Part shown: one piece after another, positions 18,840-28,359 of the stretch
Position numbering within the stretch: position 1 is the stretch's first letter
Layout: every line of letters begins with the position of its first letter
Translations under genes and position numbers: made by a program
The notes under the pieces: generated by a model
Databases searched by the model: none
The model's input: only the letters and a program-made list of their open reading frames with translations
Told to the model about the DNA's origin: nothing
Source of the DNA: Clostridia bacterium
GTDB lineage: Bacteria > Bacillota > Clostridia > Oscillospirales > Acutalibacteraceae
Direction of reading: 5' to 3'
DNA: 42,692 nucleotides
NCBI GenBank assembly: GCA_024404065.1
Contig: JAKSQR010000001.1
Coordinates: 1-42,692, forward strand

Positions 18840-18853
18840 TAGAGGAGGATATT

Positions 18854-19249
18854 ATGGCTAAGGTAACAAAGAAAACATCAGGCCGCAAACGCCAGCGCAA
18901 GAATATCGAGCGCGGTGCAGCACATATCCAATCCACCTTTAACAACACAATCGTTACTATCACTGATACTCAGGGCAACGCAGTTTCATGGGCAAGTGCT
19001 GGTGAGATGGGCTTCAGAGGTTCTAAGAAGTCAACTCCCTTCGCAGCTCAGACCGCAGCTGAAACAGCAGCAAAGATTGCTATTGATAACGGTATGAAGA
19101 CTGTTGAAGTTTACGTTAAAGGCCCCGGCCAGGGACGTGAAGCAGCAATCAGAGCTCTTCAGACAGCAGGACTTGAAGTTAACATGATTAAGGATGTTAC
19201 TCCTATTCCTCACAACGGCTGCCGTCCACCCAAGAGAAGACGTGTATAA
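18854..19249 (+). CDS. rpsK: 30S ribosomal protein S11
   Basis: [27 protein letters not shown]. Confidence 0.99.
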   Translation: MAKVTKKTSGRKRQRKNIERGAAHIQSTFNNTIVTITDTQGNAVSWASAGEMGFRGSKKSTPFAAQTAAETAAKIAIDNGMKTVEVYVKGPGQGREAAIRALQTAGLEVNMIKDVTPIPHNGCRPPKRRRV

Positions 19250-19266
19250 TTAGGAGGATATAGAAT

Positions 19267-19866
19267 ATGGCAAGAAATATGCAGCCTATTGCTAAGCGCT
19301 GTAAGGCACTCGGTATTTCTCCTGCAGTTATGGGTTACAAGGGTAAGGAAACAAACCGTAATCCCAAGGGCCAGATGAGAAGAAAGAAATCCGAATATGC
19401 AATGCAGCTTGATGAGAAGCAGAAGGTTAAGTTTGTATATGGCATGCTTGAAAAGCAGTTTGCTTCATATTATGAAAGAGCTACAAAGATGCAGGGTAAG
19501 GCTGGTGAAAACCTTCTTATTCTCTGTGAGCGTCGTCTTGACAACGTTGTATTCCGTCTTGGTTTTGCAGCAACTCGTCGTCAGGCAAGACAGCTTGTAA
19601 CACATGGTCATTTCACCATCAACGGCAAGCGTGTAGACATTCCTTCATATCAGGTTAAACCCGGTGAAGTAATCGCTATCTGCGAGAATAGCAGAACAAA
19701 GCCCGTTTTCACAGAGCTTACTGGTGAGAACGCTCCCGTTGTTCTTGTTCCCAAGTGGATAGAAAAGACAGAGGCTTATGCAGGTAAGATTATCGCTATG
19801 CCCGCTCGTGACGATATCGACTTCCCTGTAGAGGAACACCTCATTGTCGAACTTTATTCAAAGTAA
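19267..19866 (+). CDS. rpsD: 30S ribosomal protein S4
   Basis: SEYAMQLDEKQK, ERRLDNVVFRLG, ARQLVTHGH, IVELYSK. Confidence 0.99.
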   Translation: MARNMQPIAKRCKALGISPAVMGYKGKETNRNPKGQMRRKKSEYAMQLDEKQKVKFVYGMLEKQFASYYERATKMQGKAGENLLILCERRLDNVVFRLGFAATRRQARQLVTHGHFTINGKRVDIPSYQVKPGEVIAICENSRTKPVFTELTGENAPVVLVPKWIEKTEAYAGKIIAMPARDDIDFPVEEHLIVELYSK

Positions 19867-19974
19867 TCAATGCCATGCTGTATGCCGTAAAGGCATACGC
19901 AGCAGATTACTGCGGCTTATTTTTGAATGCATTATACAGGACTAATCCTGTCTACTTATAAGGAGGGTTTTTAA

Positions 19975-20925
19975 ATGATTGGTATCGAAAAGCCCAGAAT
20001 TGATACAGCAGAAATCAGTGCTGATGGTACTTACGGAAAATTTGTTGTAGAGCCCCTTGAGAGAGGCTACGGTACTACTCTCGGCAACAGCCTCAGAAGA
20101 GTACTTCTTTCCTCACTTCCCGGCTATGCAATCACATCAGTTAAAATTGATGGCGTTCTTCATGAATTCAGCACAATTCCCGGTGTTAAAGAGGATGTAA
20201 CTGAGATCGTTCTCAACCTCAAGGAGGTTATCCTCAAAATCAACGGTGATGGTCCCAAAACTATATATATCAATGCATCCGGTGAAGGCGAAATTACTGC
20301 TGGCGATATTAAGACCGACTCAGAAGTTGAGATTCTTAATCCCGAACTTCATATCGCTACATTAAATGAAGATGCCCGTGTTAACATGGAGCTTACATGT
20401 GACAGAGGCAGAGGCTATGTTTCATCAGAAAGAAATAAGAGCCTTCTTCAGCCCATCATTGGCGTAATTGCTATTGATTCAATTTATACACCCGTATTAA
20501 AGGTTAATTACACAGTCGAGAACACACGTGTTGGCCAGATCACAGACTATGATAAGCTTACACTTGAAGTGTGGACAAACGGAACTATAACAGCTATGGA
20601 ATCCGTTTCTCTTGGTGCCAAGATTCTCAACGAGCATCTCAGCTTATTCGGAAACCTCTCAGGTGAGGCTTTTGATACAGCCGTTATGGTCGAGAAACAG
20701 GACAGTGGCAAAGAGAAGGTCCTTGAGATGACCATTGAGGAACTTGACCTGTCTGTGCGTTCCTTCAACTGCTTGAAGAGAGCTCAGTATAATACGGTTG
20801 GTGACCTTATCACTAAGACCGAGGAAGAAATGATGAAGGTTCGTAACCTCGGCAGAAAGTCTCTTGACGAAGTTGTTGCAAAGCTCAACTCACTTGGCTT
20901 TGACCTTCGCAGAGATGACGATTAA
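19975..20925 (+). CDS. rpoA: RNA polymerase alpha subunit
   Basis: [44 protein letters not shown]. Confidence 0.99.
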   Translation: MIGIEKPRIDTAEISADGTYGKFVVEPLERGYGTTLGNSLRRVLLSSLPGYAITSVKIDGVLHEFSTIPGVKEDVTEIVLNLKEVILKINGDGPKTIYINASGEGEITAGDIKTDSEVEILNPELHIATLNEDARVNMELTCDRGRGYVSSERNKSLLQPIIGVIAIDSIYTPVLKVNYTVENTRVGQITDYDKLTLEVWTNGTITAMESVSLGAKILNEHLSLFGNLSGEAFDTAVMVEKQDSGKEKVLEMTIEELDLSVRSFNCLKRAQYNTVGDLITKTEEEMMKVRNLGRKSLDEVVAKLNSLGFDLRRDDD

Positions 20926-20946
20926 GAAATAAGGAGTGTGAACTAA

Positions 20947-21288
20947 ATGCCCGGAACCAGAAAACTTGGCCGTACAACTGACCACCGCAAGGCAATGCTC
21001 AGAGGCCTCGTAACATATCTTTTGGAAAACGGCAGAATAGAGACCACCGTTACAAGAGCTAAGGAAGTTAGCGCAATGGCAGAAAAAATGATCACCATTG
21101 CTAAGGTTGACTCCCTTCAGTCAAAGCGCAAGGTTCTTGCTTATGTTACTAAGGAAGACGTAGTTAAGAAGCTCTTTGATGAAATTGCTCCCAAGTATAA
21201 AGAAGTAAACGGCGGTTATTGCCGTATTATCAAGACCGGTCCCCGTAGAGGCGATGCAGCTGAAATGTGCATCATCGAGCTGGTTTGA
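20947..21288 (+). CDS. rplQ: 50S ribosomal protein L17
   Basis: [27 protein letters not shown]. Confidence 0.99.
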   Translation: MPGTRKLGRTTDHRKAMLRGLVTYLLENGRIETTVTRAKEVSAMAEKMITIAKVDSLQSKRKVLAYVTKEDVVKKLFDEIAPKYKEVNGGYCRIIKTGPRRGDAAEMCIIELV

Positions 21289-21308
21289 TTTTACATAATT
21301 CCTAAATC

Positions 21309-21340
21309 AAAAGGCACTGCTTTGGCAGTGCCTTTTTTCT
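21309..21340 (+). terminator. Terminator of ribosomal superoperon
   Basis: AAAAGGCACTGC-TTTG-GCAGTGCCTTTTTT. Confidence 0.9.
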
Positions 21341-21414
21341 TTCCTGCCACCTGAATTTATGGCAGAATTTATATTTTGTTACATTTAATATTATATTGTA
21401 AAATTGATATTAAC

Positions 21415-21443
21415 TTGACAATCTTTTGTTTTTGTGGCAATAT
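21415..21443 (+). promoter_or_regulatory. Sigma-A promoter
   Basis: TTGACA-17 bp-CAATAT with extended -10 TG. Confidence 0.55.
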
Positions 21444-21491
21444 TACTATGTATATAAATATAATAAGTGTCTTAAGGACAGGAGAAATATT

Positions 21492-22004
21492 ATGAAAAAC
21501 TTTGCAAAGTTTATGGCATTGCTTCTTGTATTTGCCACATTATTTACAGTTACAGCATGTAAAAAGAAAGTGTATTTTGATGAGGACGAGTATAATAAGC
21601 AGGTTTCAATAAATGAAAGTAAAAGCGAAAAAGAGCAGTCTGAAAGAAGCTCAAAAATTGAAGAGGATAAGAGTCAGGTTGAGCAGAGCATAGGCAAAAC
21701 CGAAAAGAATAAGAAGATTATCGTAAAGCTTACATACGGTGAGCATACTGACTATGAAGAAATCCTCTTTGATAAAAACGGTATCGCAAAGGAAAAGAAT
21801 TATTACAAGTATTACAATACAGAGGAAATGTATAAATTCTCATTAGAGCAGGGCAGCAAGGGTAATCAGAAGCTTGTAGACCATGACGATACTTTACTTA
21901 TGATTAAGTATACAGTTAAGGATTTCGGCGGCACAGATTATGACACTTTGCTTGACAGCTACAAGAGAAAAGATGCAGAAATCTGCGATATTATAGGTGG
22001 ATAA
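21492..22004 (+). CDS. Hypothetical lipoprotein
   Basis: Signal peptide with lipobox VTAC; AGGAGA RBS gives start 21492. Confidence 0.8.
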   Translation: MKNFAKFMALLLVFATLFTVTACKKKVYFDEDEYNKQVSINESKSEKEQSERSSKIEEDKSQVEQSIGKTEKNKKIIVKLTYGEHTDYEEILFDKNGIAKEKNYYKYYNTEEMYKFSLEQGSKGNQKLVDHDDTLLMIKYTVKDFGGTDYDTLLDSYKRKDAEICDIIGG

Positions 22005-22012
22005 TAAAAATT

Positions 22013-22043
22013 AAGGTTCCGTATTATGTGCGGAACCTTTTTT
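22013..22043 (+). terminator. Intrinsic terminator-like hairpin
   Basis: AAGGTTCCGTA-5 nt-TGCGGAACCTT-TTTT. Confidence 0.7.
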
Positions 22044-22056
22044 ATGGAGGAATAAT

Positions 22057-23052
22057 ATGTCACAAAGGAAAAGAGTAATAGCTTCAATACTGCTTTTTGT
22101 TGTAGTGTTCGGCGCACTGCTTGCAGTTGCAACAGTATATGATTTGCAGATTGACCACATACTTACAAGAAACACAATAGGCAAAGACCATACCCATATT
22201 TTCACAAATGATGTATTCGGCACAACCTTTGAAATTGTAGGTACATTACCTCAGTTTTTTGCAATTTCCTTTGCAATGCACATACTTTTCTGGTATGGAG
22301 TTTATAATTTTGATAAAATTAAAATGTACCTTACCGCTATTGTAACTACTGTAGTTTCAGTTGCCCTTTACAATGTGGCATTCAGCGGCGTAGGCGGATA
22401 TATGAAGGACCATGTTGCCCTTGAGGCAGGAGTAGAGGAGCTTAATATAGGCGGATACTTAAACCCGGCTTTTATGCTGCTTGCAATTTTTGCAACTGTT
22501 ATGGGCACATTCGCTTTTAAGAGTATTAAGCCCGAAACAATAAAAAAGCTTTTCGGCTTTGCCTTTGCTATGATTGCGGTTATGGCACTTTCCACAGTGA
22601 TAATAGAAACCGTGAAAAATCCTGCAGGCAGAGTTCGTTACAGAGTAATGAATTTAAGACCTGACGATGCAAAATATGGCTTTGCCGCCTTTGCAAAATG
22701 GTATGAGTTTGGCAAAATGCCTATGACAAGGGAAGAAAAATTAGAGATTTACAAGACCACAGAAGCACTTAAATCCTTCCCTTCAGGTCACACAGGCGGT
22801 GCAGGTGTATCCTACTGTGCTATTATGCTTATTTCCGCCCTTGGTATTACTGATAAAAAGAAAAAAGCTGCCCTCTGGATTGCACCCATTCTCTGGACCG
22901 GCACAGTAGCAGTAAGCCGTCTTGTAGTAGGTGCACACTTCTTTTCAGATGTACTTGTTGGCGGCACAATCAGCTTTTTAAGCATGATACTTGCAAGAGA
23001 AATATTTATACTTAAAGGCGCAAATATCAAAGCACTTTTCGGCAAAGAATAA
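22057..23052 (+). CDS. PAP2-family integral membrane phosphatase
   Basis: K..GRVR, SFPSGH and SRLVVGAHFFSDV motifs; multiple TM helices. Confidence 0.9.
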   Translation: MSQRKRVIASILLFVVVFGALLAVATVYDLQIDHILTRNTIGKDHTHIFTNDVFGTTFEIVGTLPQFFAISFAMHILFWYGVYNFDKIKMYLTAIVTTVVSVALYNVAFSGVGGYMKDHVALEAGVEELNIGGYLNPAFMLLAIFATVMGTFAFKSIKPETIKKLFGFAFAMIAVMALSTVIIETVKNPAGRVRYRVMNLRPDDAKYGFAAFAKWYEFGKMPMTREEKLEIYKTTEALKSFPSGHTGGAGVSYCAIMLISALGITDKKKKAALWIAPILWTGTVAVSRLVVGAHFFSDVLVGGTISFLSMILAREIFILKGANIKALFGKE

Positions 23053-23066
23053 ACTGTATAATATAC

Positions 23067-23095
23067 AAAAAGAGCAGGCCTTATGGTCTGCTCTT
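23067..23095. terminator. Terminator between convergent genes
   Basis: AAGAGCAGGCC-TTAT-GGTCTGCTCTT with upstream A-run. Confidence 0.75.
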
Positions 23096-23100
23096 AATCT

Positions 23101-23874
23101 TTATTGCTGAGAGTATAACTGCTCTGGAGTGTATATAACATCCTCTATTGCATCAAAGGGAACATAGCAATAATAGGTGCCAACTCGTGAGCCGCCTGAA
23201 AGCTCTTCAAGGGAATATACAAAGTTTATTCCGCTGCCTGTGTATAAGAAATTTTCTTCGTTGTAGCACTTGTTGAAATCCTGAATCTTATCTGCACCAA
23301 GCAATGTTCCGTTAGGGGAGTAGGTGGTGTTTGCGGTTGCAATAATTGCCTTTTTAACTACATCCTCATAGCCGTTTTCACTATCCTTTGCAAGGTCGCT
23401 TATGGATAATTTTTTGCCCGTAATGCAGGAGATAGTAAAGGCACTGGTTGCAGGCTCAACCTGCTCAGGGTCGGTATCTGTAACCTGAGAGGTTTCAATG
23501 GAAACGGCGTATTTATCAATGAATGCAACCTCAAACTTAAATATTGTATATTCGGTGCCGTCAATATCAAAGCGGGTCATATAATCCCTTACGTTATCTG
23601 CGTTTGCAGTCATGGATTTGATTAAGTCTTTTTTCTTCTGCTCAAAAATGAAGGTTATTGTGTCCCTTGCGTCCTTCTGCAGGTTTTCATCAAAAACGGG
23701 GTAATGAAACTCAAGCTTTGATGTAATGTTGCCGTCGCTGTCCTTAAAAAATTCAGTATAGGTTTCATCTGTATATTTCGGCACAATATAGGCCGTTTTT
23801 ATAGTTTTGCCGCAGGATGCAAAAATAAGCAGTATAAGTGTGAGTGCAGTAAAAACTGAAAGGCATTTTTTCAT
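23101..23874 (-). CDS. Hypothetical lipoprotein, possibly DUF3298/RsiV-PdaC-like
   Basis: Lipobox FASC; HYPVF, TGKKLSISDL and NFLYT..GINFVY segments reminiscent of the family; GGAGGTGA RBS. Confidence 0.7.
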   Translation of the reverse strand: MKKCLSVFTALTLILLIFASCGKTIKTAYIVPKYTDETYTEFFKDSDGNITSKLEFHYPVFDENLQKDARDTITFIFEQKKKDLIKSMTANADNVRDYMTRFDIDGTEYTIFKFEVAFIDKYAVSIETSQVTDTDPEQVEPATSAFTISCITGKKLSISDLAKDSENGYEDVVKKAIIATANTTYSPNGTLLGADKIQDFNKCYNEENFLYTGSGINFVYSLEELSGGSRVGTYYCYVPFDAIEDVIYTPEQLYSQQ

Positions 23875-23891
23875 ATTATCACCTCCCGCAA

Positions 23892-23920
23892 ATTATATAC
23901 TGTTGTGGCTATAAAGTCAA
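23892..23920 (-). promoter_or_regulatory. Sigma-A promoter of minus-strand lipoprotein
   Basis: Minus strand TTGACT-17 bp-TATAAT. Confidence 0.75.
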
Positions 23921-24000
23921 ATATAGAAATAATGCACAATAAAGCATTGAAAACAAAGAAAAATATTCAATTTTTATGCACCATTATTTTAAAAAAAATA

Positions 24001-24029
24001 TAGAAAATAAAAAACGGCTATGATATAAT
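24001..24029 (+). promoter_or_regulatory. Candidate promoter of hydrogenase operon
   Basis: TAGAAA-17 bp-TATAAT with extended -10 TG. Confidence 0.55.
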
Positions 24030-24128
24030 AGCTAAAATAGTGTAATAATGGGTTAATGTGAGTAAATATGTCTATTCACAAGCGCCTGACATACAATACA
24101 TAGCAATTTATTTAGGAGGAATACTTCT

Positions 24129-24623
24129 ATGGTTAAGAAAATGAGCAATATTCCCTTTAGCGGAACACCCGAGCAGGAAGCTCAGCTTAAGGCAGTTATC
24201 GATGCAAGCAAGCACGATGAGCATCTCCTTATGTCTGTAATGCAGGAAGCTCAGGGTATCTATGGTTATCTTCCTATCGAAGTACAGGAAATGATAGCTG
24301 AAGGTATGGGCGTTTCTCTTGAGAAAGTATTTGGCGTATCCACCTTCTATGCACAGTTCGCTCTTTCACCCAAGGGCAAGTACAATGTATCAGTTTGCCT
24401 TGGTACAGCTTGCTACGTTAAGGGTTCAGGTGAGCTTCTTGATGAAATCTGCAACGTTCTTGGCGTAGGCTCAGGCGAATGCACAGATGACGCAAGATTC
24501 TCAGTTGAAGAGTGCCGCTGCGTAGGCGCATGTGGTCTTGCTCCCGTATTCATGGTTAATGATGATGTTTACGGCAGAGTTAAGCCCGAAGAAATCAAAG
24601 ATATCCTCGCAAAGTATAACTAA
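24129..24623 (+). CDS. hndA: NuoE-like [2Fe-2S] subunit of multimeric [FeFe]-hydrogenase (HndA/HydC)
   Basis: CLGTACYVKG and CVGACGLAP; YGYLP, TFY. Confidence 0.92.
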   Translation: MVKKMSNIPFSGTPEQEAQLKAVIDASKHDEHLLMSVMQEAQGIYGYLPIEVQEMIAEGMGVSLEKVFGVSTFYAQFALSPKGKYNVSVCLGTACYVKGSGELLDEICNVLGVGSGECTDDARFSVEECRCVGACGLAPVFMVNDDVYGRVKPEEIKDILAKYN

Positions 24624-24646
24624 TACATTTACAAAGAGGGATTGAA

Positions 24647-25003
24647 ATGACCATTAAAGACATTAAAAATCTGCTTGATGCAGAAGTAGTCTGCGGCGAA
24701 GAAAGCCTTGATAAAGAAATACACTCAGCCTGCGGTAGTGACATGATGAGCGATGTGCTTGCTTATGTTAAAAATCAGGCAGTGCTTCTTACCGGCCTTC
24801 TCAATGCTCAGGTTATCCGCACAGCAGAGATGATGGATATGATCTGCGTAGTTTTTGTAAGAAATAAAAAGCCAACCCCTGAGATGGCAGAGCTTGCTGC
24901 TGAAAGCGGTATAGTAATCCTCTCATCACCTAAGCGTATGTACGAAGCCTGTGGCATACTCTACTCAAATGGCTTAAGGGGCGAAGGTGAGATCAATGGC
25001 TGA
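24647..25003 (+). CDS. DRTGG-domain protein
   Basis: GSDMMSDVLA..LLTGL..QVIRTAEM pattern; hydrogenase-cluster context. Confidence 0.8.
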   Translation: MTIKDIKNLLDAEVVCGEESLDKEIHSACGSDMMSDVLAYVKNQAVLLTGLLNAQVIRTAEMMDMICVVFVRNKKPTPEMAELAAESGIVILSSPKRMYEACGILYSNGLRGEGEING

Positions 25004-25418
25004 ATCCCTTTATTTTGAATATCCCGTTGACGGTGAAAACTTTGCGTCAGCAGGTCAGGCATCCACAAGGGTTAAACGTAACCTGCGTGAGTTAGGTCTT
25101 GATTCTGAAACAATCCGCCGTGTATCCATTGCCATGTATGAGGGCGAAATCAATATGGTAATCCACGCAAGGGGCGGCGTAGCAAAGATTGAAGTAACCG
25201 ACAGCCAGATTATAATTATCCTTGAGGATAAAGGTCCCGGTATTGCAAACATAGAGCAGGCAATGCAGGAAGGCTTCTCCACAGCGCCTGATGATGTACG
25301 CTCACTGGGTTTTGGTGCAGGCATGGGTCTGCCCAATATGAAAAGATATACTGACTATATGAATATTGACTCTGTAGTTGGTGAAGGTACAACCATTACA
25401 ATGAAAGTGAATTACTGA
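24996..25418 (+). CDS. RsbT/anti-sigma-like Ser/Thr kinase (HATPase_c)
   Basis: E..INMVIHA N-box, EDKGPGI, GFST, GAGMGLPN, GEGT. Confidence 0.85.
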   Translation: MAESLYFEYPVDGENFASAGQASTRVKRNLRELGLDSETIRRVSIAMYEGEINMVIHARGGVAKIEVTDSQIIIILEDKGPGIANIEQAMQEGFSTAPDDVRSLGFGAGMGLPNMKRYTDYMNIDSVVGEGTTITMKVNY

Positions 25419-25435
25419 GGTAGAGGAGAGGTTTT

Positions 25436-26725
25436 ATGTCTTCCTATATTCATTCCGTTTCACTCGATTCAAGTAAATGTACAGGCTGCACTACCTGTAT
25501 GAAGCATTGTCCTACTGAGGCAATCAGAATACGAAATGGCTGTGCAGTAATAGATGCTGACAGATGCATTGACTGCGGTGAATGTATAAGAAACTGTCAG
25601 AATCACGCCAAAAAAAGTATATACAATACTTTTGACGAAATAAAAGCTTATAAGTATACAATCGCACTTCCGGCACCTGCCCTTTTTGAGCAGTTTGAAA
25701 ACCTTGATGATATTGATATAGTGCTTCAGGGTTTGCTGGATATAGGCTTTGATGATGTTTTTGAGGTAGCTCAGGCAGCAGAGATTGTTTCTGACTACAC
25801 AAGAAAATATCTTAAAACCGAAGGCATAAAGAAGCCTGCCATAAGTACAGCCTGCCCCGTAATTGCAAGGCTTGTATGCTTAAGGTTTCCATTCTTAAAG
25901 GATAACCTTGTGCCACTGCTTCCTCCTATTGAGATTGCAGCATCTATGGCAAGGGAAGAGGCTCTTAAAAAGAATCCCGACTTAAAGCCTGAGGATATAG
26001 GCATCTGCTTTATTTCCCCATGCCCTGCCAAGGTAAGCTATATTAAAAACGGTTTTGGCAGCTATAAGAGTCAGGTTGATTTAGCCATATCAATGAGCGA
26101 AATCTACTTTATGCTTATAAATGTAATGAAGAGGGAAAAGGTACGCACCATCACCTCAAAGGCTGGTCGTATAGGTATCAGCTGGGCAATGTGTGGCGGC
26201 GAAGCCTCAGCGCTTTTCAATGATAAAATCATTGCTGCGGACGGAATAAAAAATGTTATTTCCGTACTTGATCAGCTTGAGGATGGCAACATTCCTCCCG
26301 TTGATTTTGTGGAGCTTAATGCCTGCCCCGGCGGATGTGTAGGCGGTGTGCTTACTATTGAAAACCCCTTCGTTTCAAAAAACAGATTACACGCTTTAAG
26401 GCGCTATCTTCCCGTTTCACAGTATGTTGAAACAGAGGATTATGTACCTGATAAGGGCTACAGCCCTGACCTGCCCGACTATAAACCACTTAACAGATTA
26501 AGTGACAGTATAGGCGAATCCATGAGAATTATGGCTCAGATTCAGGCTATCAAAAAGTCACTGCCCGGTATAGACTGCGGCTCCTGTGGTGCTCCTACCT
26601 GCAGAGCCTTTGCAGAGGATATTGTTAAGGGCAAGGCAGACCAGAATGATTGCCTTATTGCGTATAAAGATATAATCAAACAATACATTGAGAATTACTC
26701 CGGAGGCGAAAAGAGTGACAGTTAA
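25436..26725 (+). CDS. Divergent, putatively sensory [FeFe]-hydrogenase (group D/HydS-like)
   Basis: Two N-terminal CxxCxxCxxxC motifs, altered H-cluster motifs STACP, SPCPAK and ELNACPGGCVGG, and C-terminal LPGIDCGSCGAPTC FeS domain. Confidence 0.8.
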   Translation: MSSYIHSVSLDSSKCTGCTTCMKHCPTEAIRIRNGCAVIDADRCIDCGECIRNCQNHAKKSIYNTFDEIKAYKYTIALPAPALFEQFENLDDIDIVLQGLLDIGFDDVFEVAQAAEIVSDYTRKYLKTEGIKKPAISTACPVIARLVCLRFPFLKDNLVPLLPPIEIAASMAREEALKKNPDLKPEDIGICFISPCPAKVSYIKNGFGSYKSQVDLAISMSEIYFMLINVMKREKVRTITSKAGRIGISWAMCGGEASALFNDKIIAADGIKNVISVLDQLEDGNIPPVDFVELNACPGGCVGGVLTIENPFVSKNRLHALRRYLPVSQYVETEDYVPDKGYSPDLPDYKPLNRLSDSIGESMRIMAQIQAIKKSLPGIDCGSCGAPTCRAFAEDIVKGKADQNDCLIAYKDIIKQYIENYSGGEKSDS

Positions 26726-27044
26726 GGATATTCTTGCAACCGGTAATTTTACAGCAATTTCACTGCCTGATGAGGGCAGAGAGATTAACGGCGTTTACAT
26801 CGGCGATTTGCTCAGCTGGGTTATGGGCAGGGCACAGGCTGATAACGCATGGATTACAATAATGTCAAATATCAACATTGTAGCCGTAGCATCCCTTGCG
26901 GATGTTGCCTGCATAATACTTGCAGAGGGTGTAACTGTGGATGAGACCATTAAAACCACCGCAGAGGCTAAGGATGTTAATATTATAAGCACTTCAATGC
27001 CTGCTTATGAAGCAGCTATGGAGCTTGCAAAAATGACTGTATGA
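26715..27044 (+). CDS. DRTGG-like domain protein
   Basis: YIGDLLSWVMG..AWIT..NIVAVASL; GTG start after GGAGG. Confidence 0.78.
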   Translation: MTVKDILATGNFTAISLPDEGREINGVYIGDLLSWVMGRAQADNAWITIMSNINIVAVASLADVACIILAEGVTVDETIKTTAEAKDVNIISTSMPAYEAAMELAKMTV

Positions 27045-27772
27045 AAAAATACTACTACGATTTACATATTCACTCCTGCCTGTCACCCTGCGGTGATAAT
27101 GATATGACACCAAATAACATTGCAGGTATGGGTGTGGTGGCAAAGCTGGATATTATGGCTCTTACGGACCATAACACCTCAAAAAACTGCCCTGCATTCT
27201 TTGAAACTGCACGTGCAAACGGTATTATTCCCATAGCGGGCATGGAGCTTACAACTGCAGAGGATATTCACCTTGTGTGTCTCTTTGAAAAGCTTGAGGA
27301 CGCAATGAAATTTGATGAGGTGGTGGAAAGCCACAGAATCAGAATTAAAAACAGAGTGGATATTTTCGGTGAGCAGCTGATTATGAATCAGGATGACGAA
27401 GTGATTGGTGAGGATGAATTTCTTCTTTCAAACGCTACGGACATCACAGTAGACGAAGCCCCCGCCCTTGTAAAGGAGTGTGGAGGAATCTGCTACCCTG
27501 CTCATATAGACAGGGAGGCAAACGGTATAGTTGCTACCCTGGGCGTATTTCCTGAGTTTCCCCACTTTGATACAGCAGAATTTCACGATGAAACCAAGAT
27601 AGAAAAATACAAAAGTGATTTTCCCATTCTTGAGGGTAAAAACATTGTGGTTTCCTCCGATGCTCACTATTTGTGGGATATAAACGGCAGGCTCAATTAT
27701 TTTGAGCTTGACTGTGCAGAAAATGAGGAAGCAATACGCAAAGCACTTATTGAAAGGCTGTCAGGCCAATGA
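27041..27772 (+). CDS. PHP-domain phosphoesterase
   Basis: DLHIHS, LTDHN, GME, PAH, SSDAH. Confidence 0.9.
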   Translation: MKKYYYDLHIHSCLSPCGDNDMTPNNIAGMGVVAKLDIMALTDHNTSKNCPAFFETARANGIIPIAGMELTTAEDIHLVCLFEKLEDAMKFDEVVESHRIRIKNRVDIFGEQLIMNQDDEVIGEDEFLLSNATDITVDEAPALVKECGGICYPAHIDREANGIVATLGVFPEFPHFDTAEFHDETKIEKYKSDFPILEGKNIVVSSDAHYLWDINGRLNYFELDCAENEEAIRKALIERLSGQ

Positions 27773-28326
27773 AAGAGTTATCATTAAATATACTTGATAT
27801 AGCCAAAAATTCCGTAAAGGCAAAGGCAGATAACATTGAAATAATCCTTACAGAAACAGAAGAAACCCTTGAGATTAAAATCAAGGATGACGGCTGTGGT
27901 ATGACAAGTGAGCAGGTAAGCAGTGTTATGGACCCCTTCTTTACAACCCGCACTACCCGCAATGTAGGCATGGGCATACCCCTTTTGAAGCTTGCTGCGG
28001 AGCAGACGGGAGGCTGTGTTGAGATTAAATCTGTAAGTGAAAAGGATGACCCTGCAAATAAGGGCACAGTAACAAGTGCAAAATTCTGCAAAAACCATCT
28101 GGATTTTACTCCCCTCGGAGATGTGGTTTCGTCAATCACAATTTTAATTCAGGGAGCGCCCGATATAAGATGGGTTTACAGGCACACTACTCCTTATGGA
28201 GATGTGGAGCTTGATACTGCAGAGCTTAAAGAGGTTTTAGGGGATGTACCCCTTGATAACTATGAGGTAATAAAATGGATTGAGGAGTACCTTAGAGAAG
28301 GGTATGAATCAATTTCATATAAATAA
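27769..28326 (+). CDS. Stand-alone HATPase_c (histidine-kinase-like ATPase)
   Basis: DIAKNSVKA, DDGCGM, DPFFTTR, GMGIP; no HisKA or sensor domain. Confidence 0.85.
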   Translation: MKELSLNILDIAKNSVKAKADNIEIILTETEETLEIKIKDDGCGMTSEQVSSVMDPFFTTRTTRNVGMGIPLLKLAAEQTGGCVEIKSVSEKDDPANKGTVTSAKFCKNHLDFTPLGDVVSSITILIQGAPDIRWVYRHTTPYGDVELDTAELKEVLGDVPLDNYEVIKWIEEYLREGYESISYK

Positions 28327-28359
28327 TTTGTTTATTATTATACAGAGAGGATAGATATT

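Noticed and set aside
23055-23067. TGTATA-A-TATACA palindrome similar to the site at 3670
   Set aside because: Lies between convergent gene ends and has different spacing; most likely chance.
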